A model generated the notes under the pieces. The model searched no databases, had not been told where the DNA came from, and saw nothing but the letters and a program-made list of their open reading frames with translations. Shown here in pieces: positions 1 to 10,200 of a stretch of 64,000 nt of DNA; position 1 is the first letter of the stretch; each line of letters starts with the position of its first letter. Both the position numbers and the translations under genes were made by a program. Origin of the DNA: Opitutus sp. GAS368 (lineage in GTDB: Bacteria; Verrucomicrobiota; Verrucomicrobiia; Opitutales; Opitutaceae); contig CAMAVZ010000003.1 of the NCBI GenBank assembly GCA_945861645.1, positions 1 through 64,000 on the forward strand, read 5' to 3'.

Positions 1-13
1 AACTTCGTTCGAA

Positions 14-32
14 CCTGAAGCTCCGCTTCAGG
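14..32 (-). terminator. Hairpin immediately downstream of tRNA-Glu (possible terminator or processing stem)
   Basis: CCTGAAGC-TCC-GCTTCAGG is a perfect 8-bp inverted repeat 6 nt past the tRNA CCA end. The U-tract is weak. Confidence 0.4.
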
Positions 33-38
33 CGCCGT

Positions 39-115
39 TGGCGTCCCCACGGGGATTCGAACCCCGGTTCTCTCCGTGAAAGGGAGGCGTCCTAACCGGG
101 CTAGACGATGGGGAC
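39..115 (-). tRNA. tRNA-Glu (anticodon TTC)
   Basis: The reverse complement folds as a cloverleaf: acceptor GTCCCCA/TGGGGAC, anticodon loop CT-TTC-AC, T arm CGGGG-TTCGAAT-CCCCG, encoded CCA end. Confidence 0.97.
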
Positions 116-245
116 CCAGCGCGGAATCGGGGAAGCTACGGACTGAACCTGACCGCGCAAGGATTTTCTAGTCCTCCCCAATTATACGATTATGCCCCAA
201 GGCTTAGGGTCTTTTCGGGCCCTTGATTATCGGCCGGGGTGCAGG

Positions 246-1313
246 CTAAACCTTGCTCGCGCCTTGGGGTGGCTCAAATCGCCCTTTCAAGCGCAAAAAT
301 TGCTGCTCGATGAGGTAATAGGAAGCGGTCGCGAGGCTCAGGCTGATTGCCAGCTTGATGCCAAGTCGTATGGGCAAAGCGGCGGTGGGCATCAGTTTTT
401 CGATGATATAATAAACGGGCAGGTGCAGCAGATAGATCCCGTAGGAAATTTTACCGATAAAAACCAATGGCTGCCACGCTAAGACTCGCGCTAGCCACGA
501 ATGCCCACCCACGACGAGATCCATTACGACCAAGACCGCGGCGCCGGCCACCAAGATGTAACCAACCCAGCCCATCCATGGGCTGTACCAGGTCACAAAA
601 TGAATAATCCCAAAAATGCCAGCGAGCGCAAGGGGCGCCACGAGGCGACCTAACCACCAACTCACGCCTTCGGCTAAGCGTCGCGTTGGTAAGCTTTGGA
701 CAAAATAGGCCAGCGCGGCGCCCGCCATTAAGGTGTCCATGCGGGTATCGAGGCCAAAATTAATCCGCTCATCCGAATAAATTCCCGCCCAGCTCGCGCG
801 GTAAATCGCCACGAGTAAGGCGCCGCCGAGCAACATTTTTACCTTCGTCGCCGGCGAACGTTCTAGTCGCTCCAGCCCCACGATGACCAACGGCCAAAGC
901 AGATAAAACTGTTCTTCAATCGACAAGGACCAGCAGTGGTTCAGCCACGTCAAATGGACCTTATAAAGCGCCTGCGCCCAATTGGAGGTGTAACTTAAAA
1001 CGAGGGCGATTTCGGTGCCGGGGAAACGATCTTCCAGCCAGAGCATGCCCACCGCCACAAAAGCACAGGTGAGCAAAAGGGCGGGCGCGAGGCGCAAGAA
1101 TCGCCGCGCATAAAAATTTCTAAAATTGATGGATCCCGTCCGCGCCCACTCGGTGCTGAGAATCGTGGTGATGAGAAATCCGCTCAGGACAAAAAACATA
1201 TCCACGCCCACCCCGCCGCTGCGAAAGTAAGGCACGCCCCCGTGGGCGGCCAACACGATGCCCACGGCAATCGCGCGTAATCCATCTAAGCTAGGATAGT
1301 AAGGGTGTTTCAT
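246..1313 (-). CDS. Acyltransferase 3 family (OafA/YrhL-like) membrane O-acyltransferase
   Basis: Motifs LDGLRAIA, GVDMFFVLSGFLIT, FYARRFLRL, HCWSLSIEEQFY, GKISYGIYLLH. ATG at 1313 (alternative GTG at 1319). Confidence 0.92.
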   Translation of the reverse strand: MKHPYYPSLDGLRAIAVGIVLAAHGGVPYFRSGGVGVDMFFVLSGFLITTILSTEWARTGSINFRNFYARRFLRLAPALLLTCAFVAVGMLWLEDRFPGTEIALVLSYTSNWAQALYKVHLTWLNHCWSLSIEEQFYLLWPLVIVGLERLERSPATKVKMLLGGALLVAIYRASWAGIYSDERINFGLDTRMDTLMAGAALAYFVQSLPTRRLAEGVSWWLGRLVAPLALAGIFGIIHFVTWYSPWMGWVGYILVAGAAVLVVMDLVVGGHSWLARVLAWQPLVFIGKISYGIYLLHLPVYYIIEKLMPTAALPIRLGIKLAISLSLATASYYLIEQQFLRLKGRFEPPQGASKV

Positions 1314-1416
1314 GGCCACGGCGCCGAAAAAAAACTAAAAATGGCGACGACTGCAATGCCGCGCTCACGGCCAAAAAATAAAACCAGAAAACACCAAAGG
1401 GAATCCCCGTGAGCCC

Positions 1417-1500
1417 TTACGACGACCACCGATCTTTCAGCACCGCGACTAAAATGAAAATCACCAGCAGGACGGCCATAATTAAGATAAATTTTAGCAT
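1417..1500 (-). CDS. Putative 27-aa single-pass membrane peptide (MLKFILIMAVLLVIFILVAVLKDRWSS)
   Basis: ATG..TAA ORF starting 27 nt after the stop of the upstream PVC gene, same strand. It has an uninterrupted hydrophobic stretch and a charged tail, and is too short for the ORF track. Confidence 0.45.
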   Translation of the reverse strand: MLKFILIMAVLLVIFILVAVLKDRWSS

Positions 1501-1527
1501 AGGGCTAAGGAAGCGTGGGTCGCTCGG

Positions 1528-4500
1528 TTATTTTAAGGCCCGCAGATAAGCAAAAAGATCGCTGACTTCGGCTGGGGACATCGCTTCCAGCAATCCCTCG
1601 GGCATAAGCGAACGGTTCAAATAGCTCGTCTGCCGAATATCCGTGCTGGCGATTCGGCTATCCTCGGCCCCTGGTACCCGCAGAATAATCGCGTCGGCCG
1701 TTTCTTCGGCGAGGAAGCCGTCGCGCACGCTGCCATCTTTGAGCATAACTCGGAACGTGCGATACGCGCTTTGCATGGCGGCGCTGGGCGTCAGAATATT
1801 TCTGAGCAGCGCTTCAACGTTGGTGTTGCCGAGACCGTCGAGGGGTGGCGCGATTTGGCCGCCTTGGCCGCCTTGTTGGTGGCACGCGAGACAGAGCGTG
1901 GTGAAAACTTGTCGACCGCGTTCCGCTTGGCCGCCGGCGTTGGCGAGCGCGCGGAAGTGGGCAAATTTCTCGGTCTGGGCGGCCGCTTGGGCCGCGGTCA
2001 GCAAGCCGGGAGCGTCATCGGTGACTTCGACTCGCACCGTGCCTTTCAACGGTCCCCAGCCCGCCCCGGCAAAAACCTCGACCAAGCCAGCGGGGCGCGG
2101 ACCGGCGTCGCTGCCGGCCAAGCTGCGATCAAAATGATCGCGAATTTCTTGTGCCGTGCGGGCGACATTCCACACGCGATACTCAGCGAGCCAACCGGCT
2201 GTGGTGCCGATCGTCGGATTCAGCCGGCTCCGGCCGAGATTGACGCCGGTGAAAGCGGTCGGGCTGGTGCCAGCGCTACTCGCTTCAAGCTCTCCATTAA
2301 TAAAAAGGCGAAAAAATCCGCCGGTATCACGCGTGATGGCATAATGGGTCCACACATTGGGGACGGCTTTTTTCTGCGCTATGACGACGTCATTGGCTTC
2401 GGCCAGCCAAACGCGGAAACGGCCTTCATAAAAATTAAAATCAATCGTACCGGAAAGCCCAAGCAAACCGTCGCGGTGATCGATCTCTGGATCCAACTTC
2501 GCCCAACATTCGATGGTGAAAGGGCCGATGAGGGCAATTTGGGTATCAGCGTAATTGCCGGGACCGCCGGGCAGGCGGAGCGCCCGTTGGGCATCGCCGC
2601 CCAGTTCTTGCCAGCGGGCTGCGACCCTGGGGTCAGTGGGGAAAAGTAGGCGTAGTTTTTCGGCCGCGCTCACGCTGATATCCGTGCGCGCTACGGTGCC
2701 ACTATGCAGACCAGTGATGATCGCCGTGGCGCCAATCGGCCGGCCGGCGAGACGATCGAGAGCGGCGCTCCGCTGCGCTGGCGTCAAGGCGGGCAGTAAA
2801 GCCACGAGCTGGGCTGGGGCGCCGGCGGCGGTAGAAACCGCTAACGCGGTTAACGCTTCATCACGAATCGTCGGCTCCAACGATTCCCGTGCCAGTTGGG
2901 CAAACACGTCGCTCGGCCCGACCCGATTTTCCCGCAAGGCGCGCAGTGCGGCCAGCGCAGTGGGAAGGTTAGGCTCAGTCGCGGCGCGTTTTAATACGCC
3001 GGTTAGCTCAGCTTCGTTCCCGGTAAGTTTGAAAGCTCCGGCCACTTGGGCCCCGAGTAACACGTCAGTGGCGAGAGGACTCGCAATGAGCAGGCGAGCT
3101 GCTGTCGTGAGTTCAGACGTGAGCGAACTCACATCGAGACTCGTGCGCAGTGCGAGCAAGGCCCGCAAGACCGCCGCGCGTGAACCGGGCTGAGCGAGCG
3201 CGGTGGTGAGCGCTGCCCGCACAGTGGGATCAGCCAGGTCGGCCGCGAGCGTGCGGACTTCTTCATCGCTGGGTAGGCGATTAAGTTGCGGGGCAAGTTG
3301 CGCTAGACCAAGCGCCGCGGTTTTACCTCCAAGCGCGAGGGTGGCGAGGAGGCGATTTTCCAGTGGCAGTGCTTGGCCCAAAGGCGAGCCGAGCAAGGCC
3401 GCCGTAGCGGCGGGATTTAATTCCATGGCCCAACGGGCTAAGTAACGCTCGAACTCGCGGTCATACTTTTCCCAGCCGCCGCCGCTGGTGAGGGAGGCCC
3501 CGCCAAGTTGCGCCGCGAGCGCCAACACCCGGGGACTCGGAGCTGGCCGGCGGCGCAGCGCGTCACCCATCGCGGCGCGCACGGTCGGACTCGGATCGGT
3601 GATGAGCGGCGTGGCGAGCGCGAGAAATTCTGCCTCCGAGCGCGTCCCCGTCGCTGTTAAGCGCGCTGCTTGGCGACGCAGGGTGGCGGCGGAATCGGTG
3701 GCGAGTTGCTGTAAGAGGTGATTTGAAAGGGGGGCAAAACTTTCGAGCACCCAAAGAGCCGCGAGGCGACGGTCGCGCGCGGCGGTGCGATCGCTGACAA
3801 TTTTTTCTAAATCAGGAATGAGACCGAGCGCATGGCGGTCGACTAGTTCGAGCCAGGCGAGATGCGCGATGCGGGCATTCGCATCTCCGAGATGAGCGAG
3901 CAGGTCTCGCTCGTTGAGCGCAGTGAGGTCGGGGGGTGTCGTTCGCGGTTGTGCAACATGGCGCACGCGCCAGATGCGGCCCCGTGATTTATCGCGATCG
4001 GGATGTGAGCGCGGCACTTCGTTGTGCGAAATAATTTTATTATACCAATCGACGATGTAGAGCGCGCCGTCGGGGCCAAAGTGAATTGAAACGGGGCGAA
4101 ACCACTTATCTTCGGTGGTGAGAAAGTCGGGCAGTTTTTCGTAACGATAGCGCGGGCCCTCGGGCGTCGCCTTGACCGTGTTGATCGTGTTGGTGATGGG
4201 ATTGGCGAGGAAGAAAATCTTAGAGCCATCAGCCGCGGTGGCCCCGAAGCTGCGGAAAAGTCCATCCGCATCCTCGGCGAGCGCGAGTCCGCTCAGTCCC
4301 GTGCCGCCCATCTGCGCAGGCGCGAGCGGCGGGGGCATCAGCGGTTGATAAGGGCGCAGACGATCTTTCGATCCCGTGGACACCCAAATGCCCGGCTCAA
4401 AAGGAATGACGGGATAGCCGAGATCGTTGGCTTCCTGCATAAAGATTTCGCCTTCACGCGAGCTGACCAGACCCCAAATATTATTGGGGCCGGCGGTGAG

Positions 4501-5889
4501 ACTTTCAAAATTTGCGCCATCGGGAGTGAAGCGGCCAAGCTTACATTGGTTAAAAGGAATTTCCGTGGCGCCATTCGCGAAGGCGCGGTTCCCGGGGCGG
4601 CGTACCTTGGAATAATTAAAGAGCCCTTGCGCCGCAAAAATCTGGCCGCCGGGTTGGCGCAGAAATTGGTGAGGAAACAAGTGCGAGTCTTCGGTGCCAA
4701 AGCCCGTCAGAATCACCTCATGATGATCGGCGCGACCATCGCCGTTGGTGTCGTGGTAGAAGCGAATATCAGGGCCGTATTGAATTAACACGCCATCCTG
4801 ATAAGGCAAAATTCCCAGTGGCATCACGAGATTGTCGGCAAAAATTCGCGGCGGCGCAGTGACAGCGGCGCGGCCGGGGGCGGGGATCGCGTAGGGAGCA
4901 TCGAAGACGACTACTTTGTCGCGACCGCCGGCGGCAAAGAGGGCATCGGAGGCTGCTTTCTGTTCGTTACCGTCGACGGGATATTCGAGCGCGGTCATGG
5001 ACCAGAGCCGCATGCGCGCATCCCAATCCACGGTGATAAATTTACCGAAGCCCGGTGATTCCGCGGCGACGAGTTCAATTTCAAAACCCGGGGGTAATTT
5101 GAAGGCGAGACGTTCTTCCTCGGGTGAGCGCGGACCGGTGCCGACGGTATTGTAACTCAGATCGCGGCCCGTGGCGGGAATGGGGGTGGCTGGCGCAGCG
5201 CGCGGCGCACGCGGTTGGGGGTGCCCCACTTTATCCCAGGTCGGGGCGCCAGGGGTGGGCGGGAGTTCTTCAATCTCGATCGCCCTAAATTGCGCGAGGG
5301 CGGGGCCGCCGCTGTGAATTTGCAGACCGATGTGACCATCGAGCGCGATCGTCGGATCAGTTTCGGTGTAATCGAGGGCGGCGACGCCATTGATCCAGGA
5401 GCGCAAACGCGGACCCTCGACGCGGATGCGGTAGTCATTCCAGTCATTAACACGCACGGCTGCCGCGACGGCGGCGAGGTTGGCGGATTCGGCGATGACT
5501 TTATTGCGCCGGGATTCGTCGTAAAGTTTTCCCCACCACGGATCGCCCGCATCAACTTGGTAGCCGGACATCTCAGTGGATTGCGGCACGCGCAAGCTCC
5601 GCAACTGCACGCCGCTGTTAATAAAGCCAACTTTCGGATCACCCGTTAGTTTAAGTTGTAAGCGTAATTCAAAATTTTGAAACGAACGCGTGGTCGCAAG
5701 AAATTGATTCTCCGGGATTTTAGAGGTCGTCGAGCCACCGGTGATGACACCGTCTTGGACGCGCCACCATTGCAGGTCACCTTCCCAACCGGTGAGAGTT
5801 TTGCCGTCGAAGAGTTCGGTCGCACCCTGCGTGAGCGGGGCAAGACTAATGACGAACAAGGCGGCGAGGAGACGGGGGAGGCGAGACAT
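1528..5889 (-). CDS. PVC-type heme-binding (CxxCH) dehydrogenase-like protein: signal peptide, DUF1080, beta-propeller, HEAT-like repeats, LamG-like domain, cytochrome c
   Basis: LFDGKTLTGW...GHIGLQIH (DUF1080); EEERLAFKLPPGFEIELVAAE and FRPVSIHFGPDGALYIVDWYN (PVC propeller); FTIECWAK/WTHYAITRD (LamG-like); CLACH plus SLMPEGL (cytochrome c). Confidence 0.9.
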   Translation of the reverse strand: MSRLPRLLAALFVISLAPLTQGATELFDGKTLTGWEGDLQWWRVQDGVITGGSTTSKIPENQFLATTRSFQNFELRLQLKLTGDPKVGFINSGVQLRSLRVPQSTEMSGYQVDAGDPWWGKLYDESRRNKVIAESANLAAVAAAVRVNDWNDYRIRVEGPRLRSWINGVAALDYTETDPTIALDGHIGLQIHSGGPALAQFRAIEIEELPPTPGAPTWDKVGHPQPRAPRAAPATPIPATGRDLSYNTVGTGPRSPEEERLAFKLPPGFEIELVAAESPGFGKFITVDWDARMRLWSMTALEYPVDGNEQKAASDALFAAGGRDKVVVFDAPYAIPAPGRAAVTAPPRIFADNLVMPLGILPYQDGVLIQYGPDIRFYHDTNGDGRADHHEVILTGFGTEDSHLFPHQFLRQPGGQIFAAQGLFNYSKVRRPGNRAFANGATEIPFNQCKLGRFTPDGANFESLTAGPNNIWGLVSSREGEIFMQEANDLGYPVIPFEPGIWVSTGSKDRLRPYQPLMPPPLAPAQMGGTGLSGLALAEDADGLFRSFGATAADGSKIFFLANPITNTINTVKATPEGPRYRYEKLPDFLTTEDKWFRPVSIHFGPDGALYIVDWYNKIISHNEVPRSHPDRDKSRGRIWRVRHVAQPRTTPPDLTALNERDLLAHLGDANARIAHLAWLELVDRHALGLIPDLEKIVSDRTAARDRRLAALWVLESFAPLSNHLLQQLATDSAATLRRQAARLTATGTRSEAEFLALATPLITDPSPTVRAAMGDALRRRPAPSPRVLALAAQLGGASLTSGGGWEKYDREFERYLARWAMELNPAATAALLGSPLGQALPLENRLLATLALGGKTAALGLAQLAPQLNRLPSDEEVRTLAADLADPTVRAALTTALAQPGSRAAVLRALLALRTSLDVSSLTSELTTAARLLIASPLATDVLLGAQVAGAFKLTGNEAELTGVLKRAATEPNLPTALAALRALRENRVGPSDVFAQLARESLEPTIRDEALTALAVSTAAGAPAQLVALLPALTPAQRSAALDRLAGRPIGATAIITGLHSGTVARTDISVSAAEKLRLLFPTDPRVAARWQELGGDAQRALRLPGGPGNYADTQIALIGPFTIECWAKLDPEIDHRDGLLGLSGTIDFNFYEGRFRVWLAEANDVVIAQKKAVPNVWTHYAITRDTGGFFRLFINGELEASSAGTSPTAFTGVNLGRSRLNPTIGTTAGWLAEYRVWNVARTAQEIRDHFDRSLAGSDAGPRPAGLVEVFAGAGWGPLKGTVRVEVTDDAPGLLTAAQAAAQTEKFAHFRALANAGGQAERGRQVFTTLCLACHQQGGQGGQIAPPLDGLGNTNVEALLRNILTPSAAMQSAYRTFRVMLKDGSVRDGFLAEETADAIILRVPGAEDSRIASTDIRQTSYLNRSLMPEGLLEAMSPAEVSDLFAYLRALK

Positions 5890-5972
5890 AAGCGAGGGGA
5901 AGAAAAAAATGCCACTGGTGCGGTTAAGCCAAGGTCAGGGGGCGGGGCTCGATTGCACCACTGACCTAGGTC

Positions 5973-7214
5973 TTAGCGAGCAGGAGCGGAGGCGGCGAGA
6001 TGAGCGAGGAGAGTTTCCGCGCAGGCGCGGGCAAAGAGCGGATCGTTGATCACGATATCATATTCGCGCACCGGTAAATCTGGCCGAAGGTGGGCGCGCA
6101 GTGCGGTGAAGAGCGCCGCGTCTGCCGCCGGATCGTGAAATGGCTGGCCGGGCGCGCTAATGATACTGATGGCGCGACGGGGCAGTAGTACGCTAACGGG
6201 CGCGGGGTAGCGGTTAATTTTTTCAGCGATGATGCGCCCGAGTTCGGTGCATTCAGCAGGCGTGGTCCGCATCAGGGTGACTTGCGGATTGTGTTGATAA
6301 AACGTGCGGCCGGAAAATTTAGCGGGCACGCTGGCCCGTTCGCCAAAATTAACCATATCGAGACAACCCGGCGCGATGACCGCGGGGATTTTAGCGCGGG
6401 CGGTAGCGTCGAGTCGTTCCGGTCCAGCGGTCAGCACTCCCCCGACTAATTCGTCGGCCCATTCCGTGGTAGTGAGATCGAGCACGCCCGCAACCAGCCC
6501 GCTGGCGATGAGTGATTCCATCGCGCGACCACCGTTGCCGGTAGCAGCGAAGACGAGGACTTCATAGCCGGCAGCCTCCATGATGCGTTGGGCTTCGGTG
6601 ACACAAGCGGTCGTGTTGCCGAACATGCTGGCGACGATGAGTGGTTTTTCGCCCGCAGCTACAGGAGCCGCTTGGCGGGCAACCGCGGCGTTAACCATGC
6701 CGCAGATCGCGGCGGCGGCGTTGGTAAAAATTATGCGCGACACGCGATTGATCCCCGCGACATCCACGATGGCGGGCATCATGGTGATATCGCTGGTGCC
6801 GACGTAAGGCGCGGTTTGGCCGCTCGCGAGCGTTGAAACCATCACCTTAGGAAAGCCGATGGGCAGCGCGCGCATGGCGGCCGTGGCGATGGCCGTGCCG
6901 CCGCCGCCGCCGAGAGAAATAATCCCATGAATTTTACCGGCGGCGGCGAGCTGACTAACCAGTTTCGCCGCCGCGCGCCCCATAAAAGTGACGGCTTCGC
7001 CCCGATCGCGTCGAGCGAGGAGGGCGAGATAATCAGGTTCACCGGCGGCGCGAGCGACGGTGTCGCTGGAGAAGTCGGGGGTGATGATCGGGTTTGCGCC
7101 GGTGCCGACATCAATCAAGAGCGGTGCTAAGCCCGCCGCGCGGATCGTCGCCGCGATAAAGGCATGTTCGGGACCCTTGGTGTCAAAGGTCCCGAGAACG
7201 GCGATCGTAGTCAT
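5973..7214 (-). CDS. Tm-1-like ATP-binding domain protein (UPF0261)
   Basis: N-terminal LGTFDTKGPE, GGGGGT, LPIGFPKVMVSTLASG, MFGNTT, VLDLTTTEWAD, PGCLDMVNFG, HNPQVTLMRT. Confidence 0.93.
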   Translation of the reverse strand: MTTIAVLGTFDTKGPEHAFIAATIRAAGLAPLLIDVGTGANPIITPDFSSDTVARAAGEPDYLALLARRDRGEAVTFMGRAAAKLVSQLAAAGKIHGIISLGGGGGTAIATAAMRALPIGFPKVMVSTLASGQTAPYVGTSDITMMPAIVDVAGINRVSRIIFTNAAAAICGMVNAAVARQAAPVAAGEKPLIVASMFGNTTACVTEAQRIMEAAGYEVLVFAATGNGGRAMESLIASGLVAGVLDLTTTEWADELVGGVLTAGPERLDATARAKIPAVIAPGCLDMVNFGERASVPAKFSGRTFYQHNPQVTLMRTTPAECTELGRIIAEKINRYPAPVSVLLPRRAISIISAPGQPFHDPAADAALFTALRAHLRPDLPVREYDIVINDPLFARACAETLLAHLAASAPAR

Positions 7215-7253
7215 GGGGTAAAATTGAAGCGAAGAGCGGACCGGCGTGGGTAA

Positions 7254-10200
7254 TTATTTTCCGCTCGCCCATTGCACCGCGTTTGTGAGGAGGGTTTGGA
7301 AAGCCGGAAGGTCGTGGACGCGGTTATCATGACCAATGGTTAAGCCAACGATGCGCGCCTTTGGGTGCGGGGTAAGCCACACGACGGGGTGCGCAGTTTT
7401 AAATTTTACGGAAGGCGATGACTCCGCGAGAACTTGAATCGCGGCGGTGCCGGCCGGAATTTTTGCGGCCTCGGCATTAAAGTGATAGAGTTCATCTTCG
7501 ACGAGGAAGCTCGCGGGTACGCCGCGCATGATGGGATGAGTGGGTTGACGCACGTGGACTGAATAGGGAGCAATTTTATCATGGCCGCGGGCACCGCCGC
7601 CGACGATCTGCGCGTTAAGCTCTGGCCAATCGACGTAGCCGTACCAAGTCCCGGGATGATGCATGATGATGCCCTTACCGCCTGCCGCGAAGGCGAAGAG
7701 GGCTTGGCGATAAGCGGGGGTGTCAAAAAATTTCCGATTTACGCTGATGATGGCGACATCAGCTTCGGCGAGGGCGGCGGTGGCTTGGTCGCGATCTTCG
7801 GTGTAATTAACGCTGTAGCCGGCCGCTTGCAGGGTAGCGCGATCGGTTGAACCGAAGTACTCAGAAAATTTATGGGAACTGCCGCCACCAATCAGGAGGA
7901 CTTTGGTTTTACCGGCGACCCATGTGATCGGGGTAAGCGGCGGGAGGGGCGCGTCGCCCTTGCCACCCGACTTGGGGGAGCTGTCGCTGGGCTGCGCTAT
8001 AGGCGTACTCACCGCTTTAATTGGCGCTGAGATCCAGACGAGGTAGGCGATGAGATCACGGAGGCCTTCCGCCCCGATCCCCTCGAAGCCTTCGGGCATG
8101 AGTGAGCGTCGGGTGTTTTCGCGAATGGCGATATCCGTCAGCTTAATCTCGGTATCATTAACTTGATTTCTAATCGTGAGGCTCGCGGCGTTTTCATTGG
8201 TGATTACGCCGGCGGCGATGTCGCCTTTTTTTGTCGTGACGTTCCATTGCCAATAATTGGGTTCCACTTGTCGGTTGGGATCGACGATGTGCGTCAGCAA
8301 CTCAGTCGGACCTTGAGCGCCAATGCCCGAGAGCGGGGGACCGACATCGCGCAGGCCGACCGAGCCTAACTTATGGCAGATCGCGCAAGCGCCCGCAAAG
8401 AGGACGCGGCCGGCTTCGGGGTTGCCGGGCTTTTGGATTTCGGGCAGCAGCGCCGCGATGATGGCGGCTTTCTCTTTGCTCGAAAGATTAGCGGCCCCCA
8501 AGGCGGTGGCGGCTTCCATTGAAACCACGTTAGCGGGATGTTTACGGAGACGATCGATGTTAGCTGAGCCGAGGGCTGAGGGGGAGATCCGGTTCGCGCT
8601 GATAGCGCGGAGGAGCGCGACGGCAAATTCTTTGCGCCGGAATAATTGTTCGAAAATCAGGGGCGACTTCGATTGGACGTAAGCTCCGACCAGCGTCTCG
8701 ATGGCTTCCGAACTGGTGGTGAGTTCACCGATTGTGGCAAGGAGAGGAATTTTGACGGCGTCGGCCGTGGCGGGATCGCTGAGCAAGGCCCCAATTTTAC
8801 TGAGAGCCGCCGTCCGATAGGGCGGCAGAGGCACGAGCGCCGTCGCAATTTCCGCGCGGCGCTCGTCCGGGATTTGCGGGGCGGCCAATTCGGTCAGCAG
8901 GCGTTCGGCCGTGGCGGCGACGGCGGCGGCGAGCTGGCTCGTAGGATCCCATTTGAGCACCACGACGAGAGCGGCCGGAGCCGTCTCATTGCTGGCTAAA
9001 GCTTTTTGCAAAGCGGCCGCGGTGGTCGCATCAAGTGGCGGTGGTGGATTGGTCGATTGACTGAGGCCGCGCAGGAGATTCGCCGCAAGTAAGTGGGTCG
9101 ATTGAATGCTCGCTTGGATAAGTTGCGGGGCTTGCGCTAAAGCTACCGCAGGGGTCAGCGCTTGAACGAAGGGACCAAGGGCGGGGTTTTTACTGGTGAG
9201 GGCGTCAGCGATATACGCCAAGGCCTGTTGGTTGGCGGCCGCAATCAAAGCGGACTTCGTCCAGTCATCTGTGGCGGCGACAAATTCCGCGAGCACGGCG
9301 GCGCGTTCGATGGGCGTCGTCGCGGCGCGGGCGGCCTCGTACCGTAGAAAGGCTCGGCTCCCTAACGGTTGGGATAAGGCCACCAGTTCGGGCGCGTCCG
9401 GAAAGTTTTCTTGCGCGAGGCGGAGCGCGGTCAGCTTGACGTGGGCATTGGGACTGGTCGCGATTGTCCGGAGCAGACCGGGCAGGTCAGTTGAGTTGAG
9501 GGCGACCGCCGGGAGCACCGTGGCGGCTTTATGTTGTACGCGCCAGATGCGCGAAAAGTAGTGGTCGCGATCGGGCCGGAAGGCCGAATTAGCTTTGCTG
9601 TGAATGGGGCCGCGGGTGTCGTTGTGGACGACCGCTTGGTTATAGAAATCGACGATGTACAAGGCGCCATCGGGCCCGACGCGATTCTCGATCGGGCGAA
9701 ACCAGAGGTCGGTGCTGCGGATAAACTCGGTTTCCTCGCGACCCTTTTCTTTGGCCGCGGCATAACTGACGCCGTCGGGTCGCACGAATTCGTGGTGGAC
9801 GATGTTGAGCGTGGGCTCGGTTGTGAAGTAACTGTAATTCCATGGGGCTGGCCAGGCGCCCCCTTCGTAGATGGCGCAGCCCGCGGCGGCGGTGAAGCGA
9901 CCCACTTGGTCGATCTGCGCGTACGCCTGCTCCGGCCAGGTCATGGCGGGGAAGGTAGGCTGATTGATGATCATGCCCTTGGCAGATGTCGTCCCGGGGA
10001 TTTTGCCGAGGGCGAGAATTTTTTCCGAGAGCAGCGTGTGGAAAAAAACTGTGCCGCTCGTCGGCTGCGTCCAGAAAACCTCGCCGTCCCACGTGAGCGT
10101 CAGACCCCACGTGTTAGCCGGGCGGCTGCTGTATTGCTCGAAGGCGGAGCCATCCGCCTTGAAGCGAACGACCCCCGAGCCATCGGGGCCAAACTTCTTG

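Noticed and set aside
39-1313. tRNA-anchored genomic island
   Set aside because: The tRNA 3' end points out of the window, and no integrase or duplicated tRNA end is visible.
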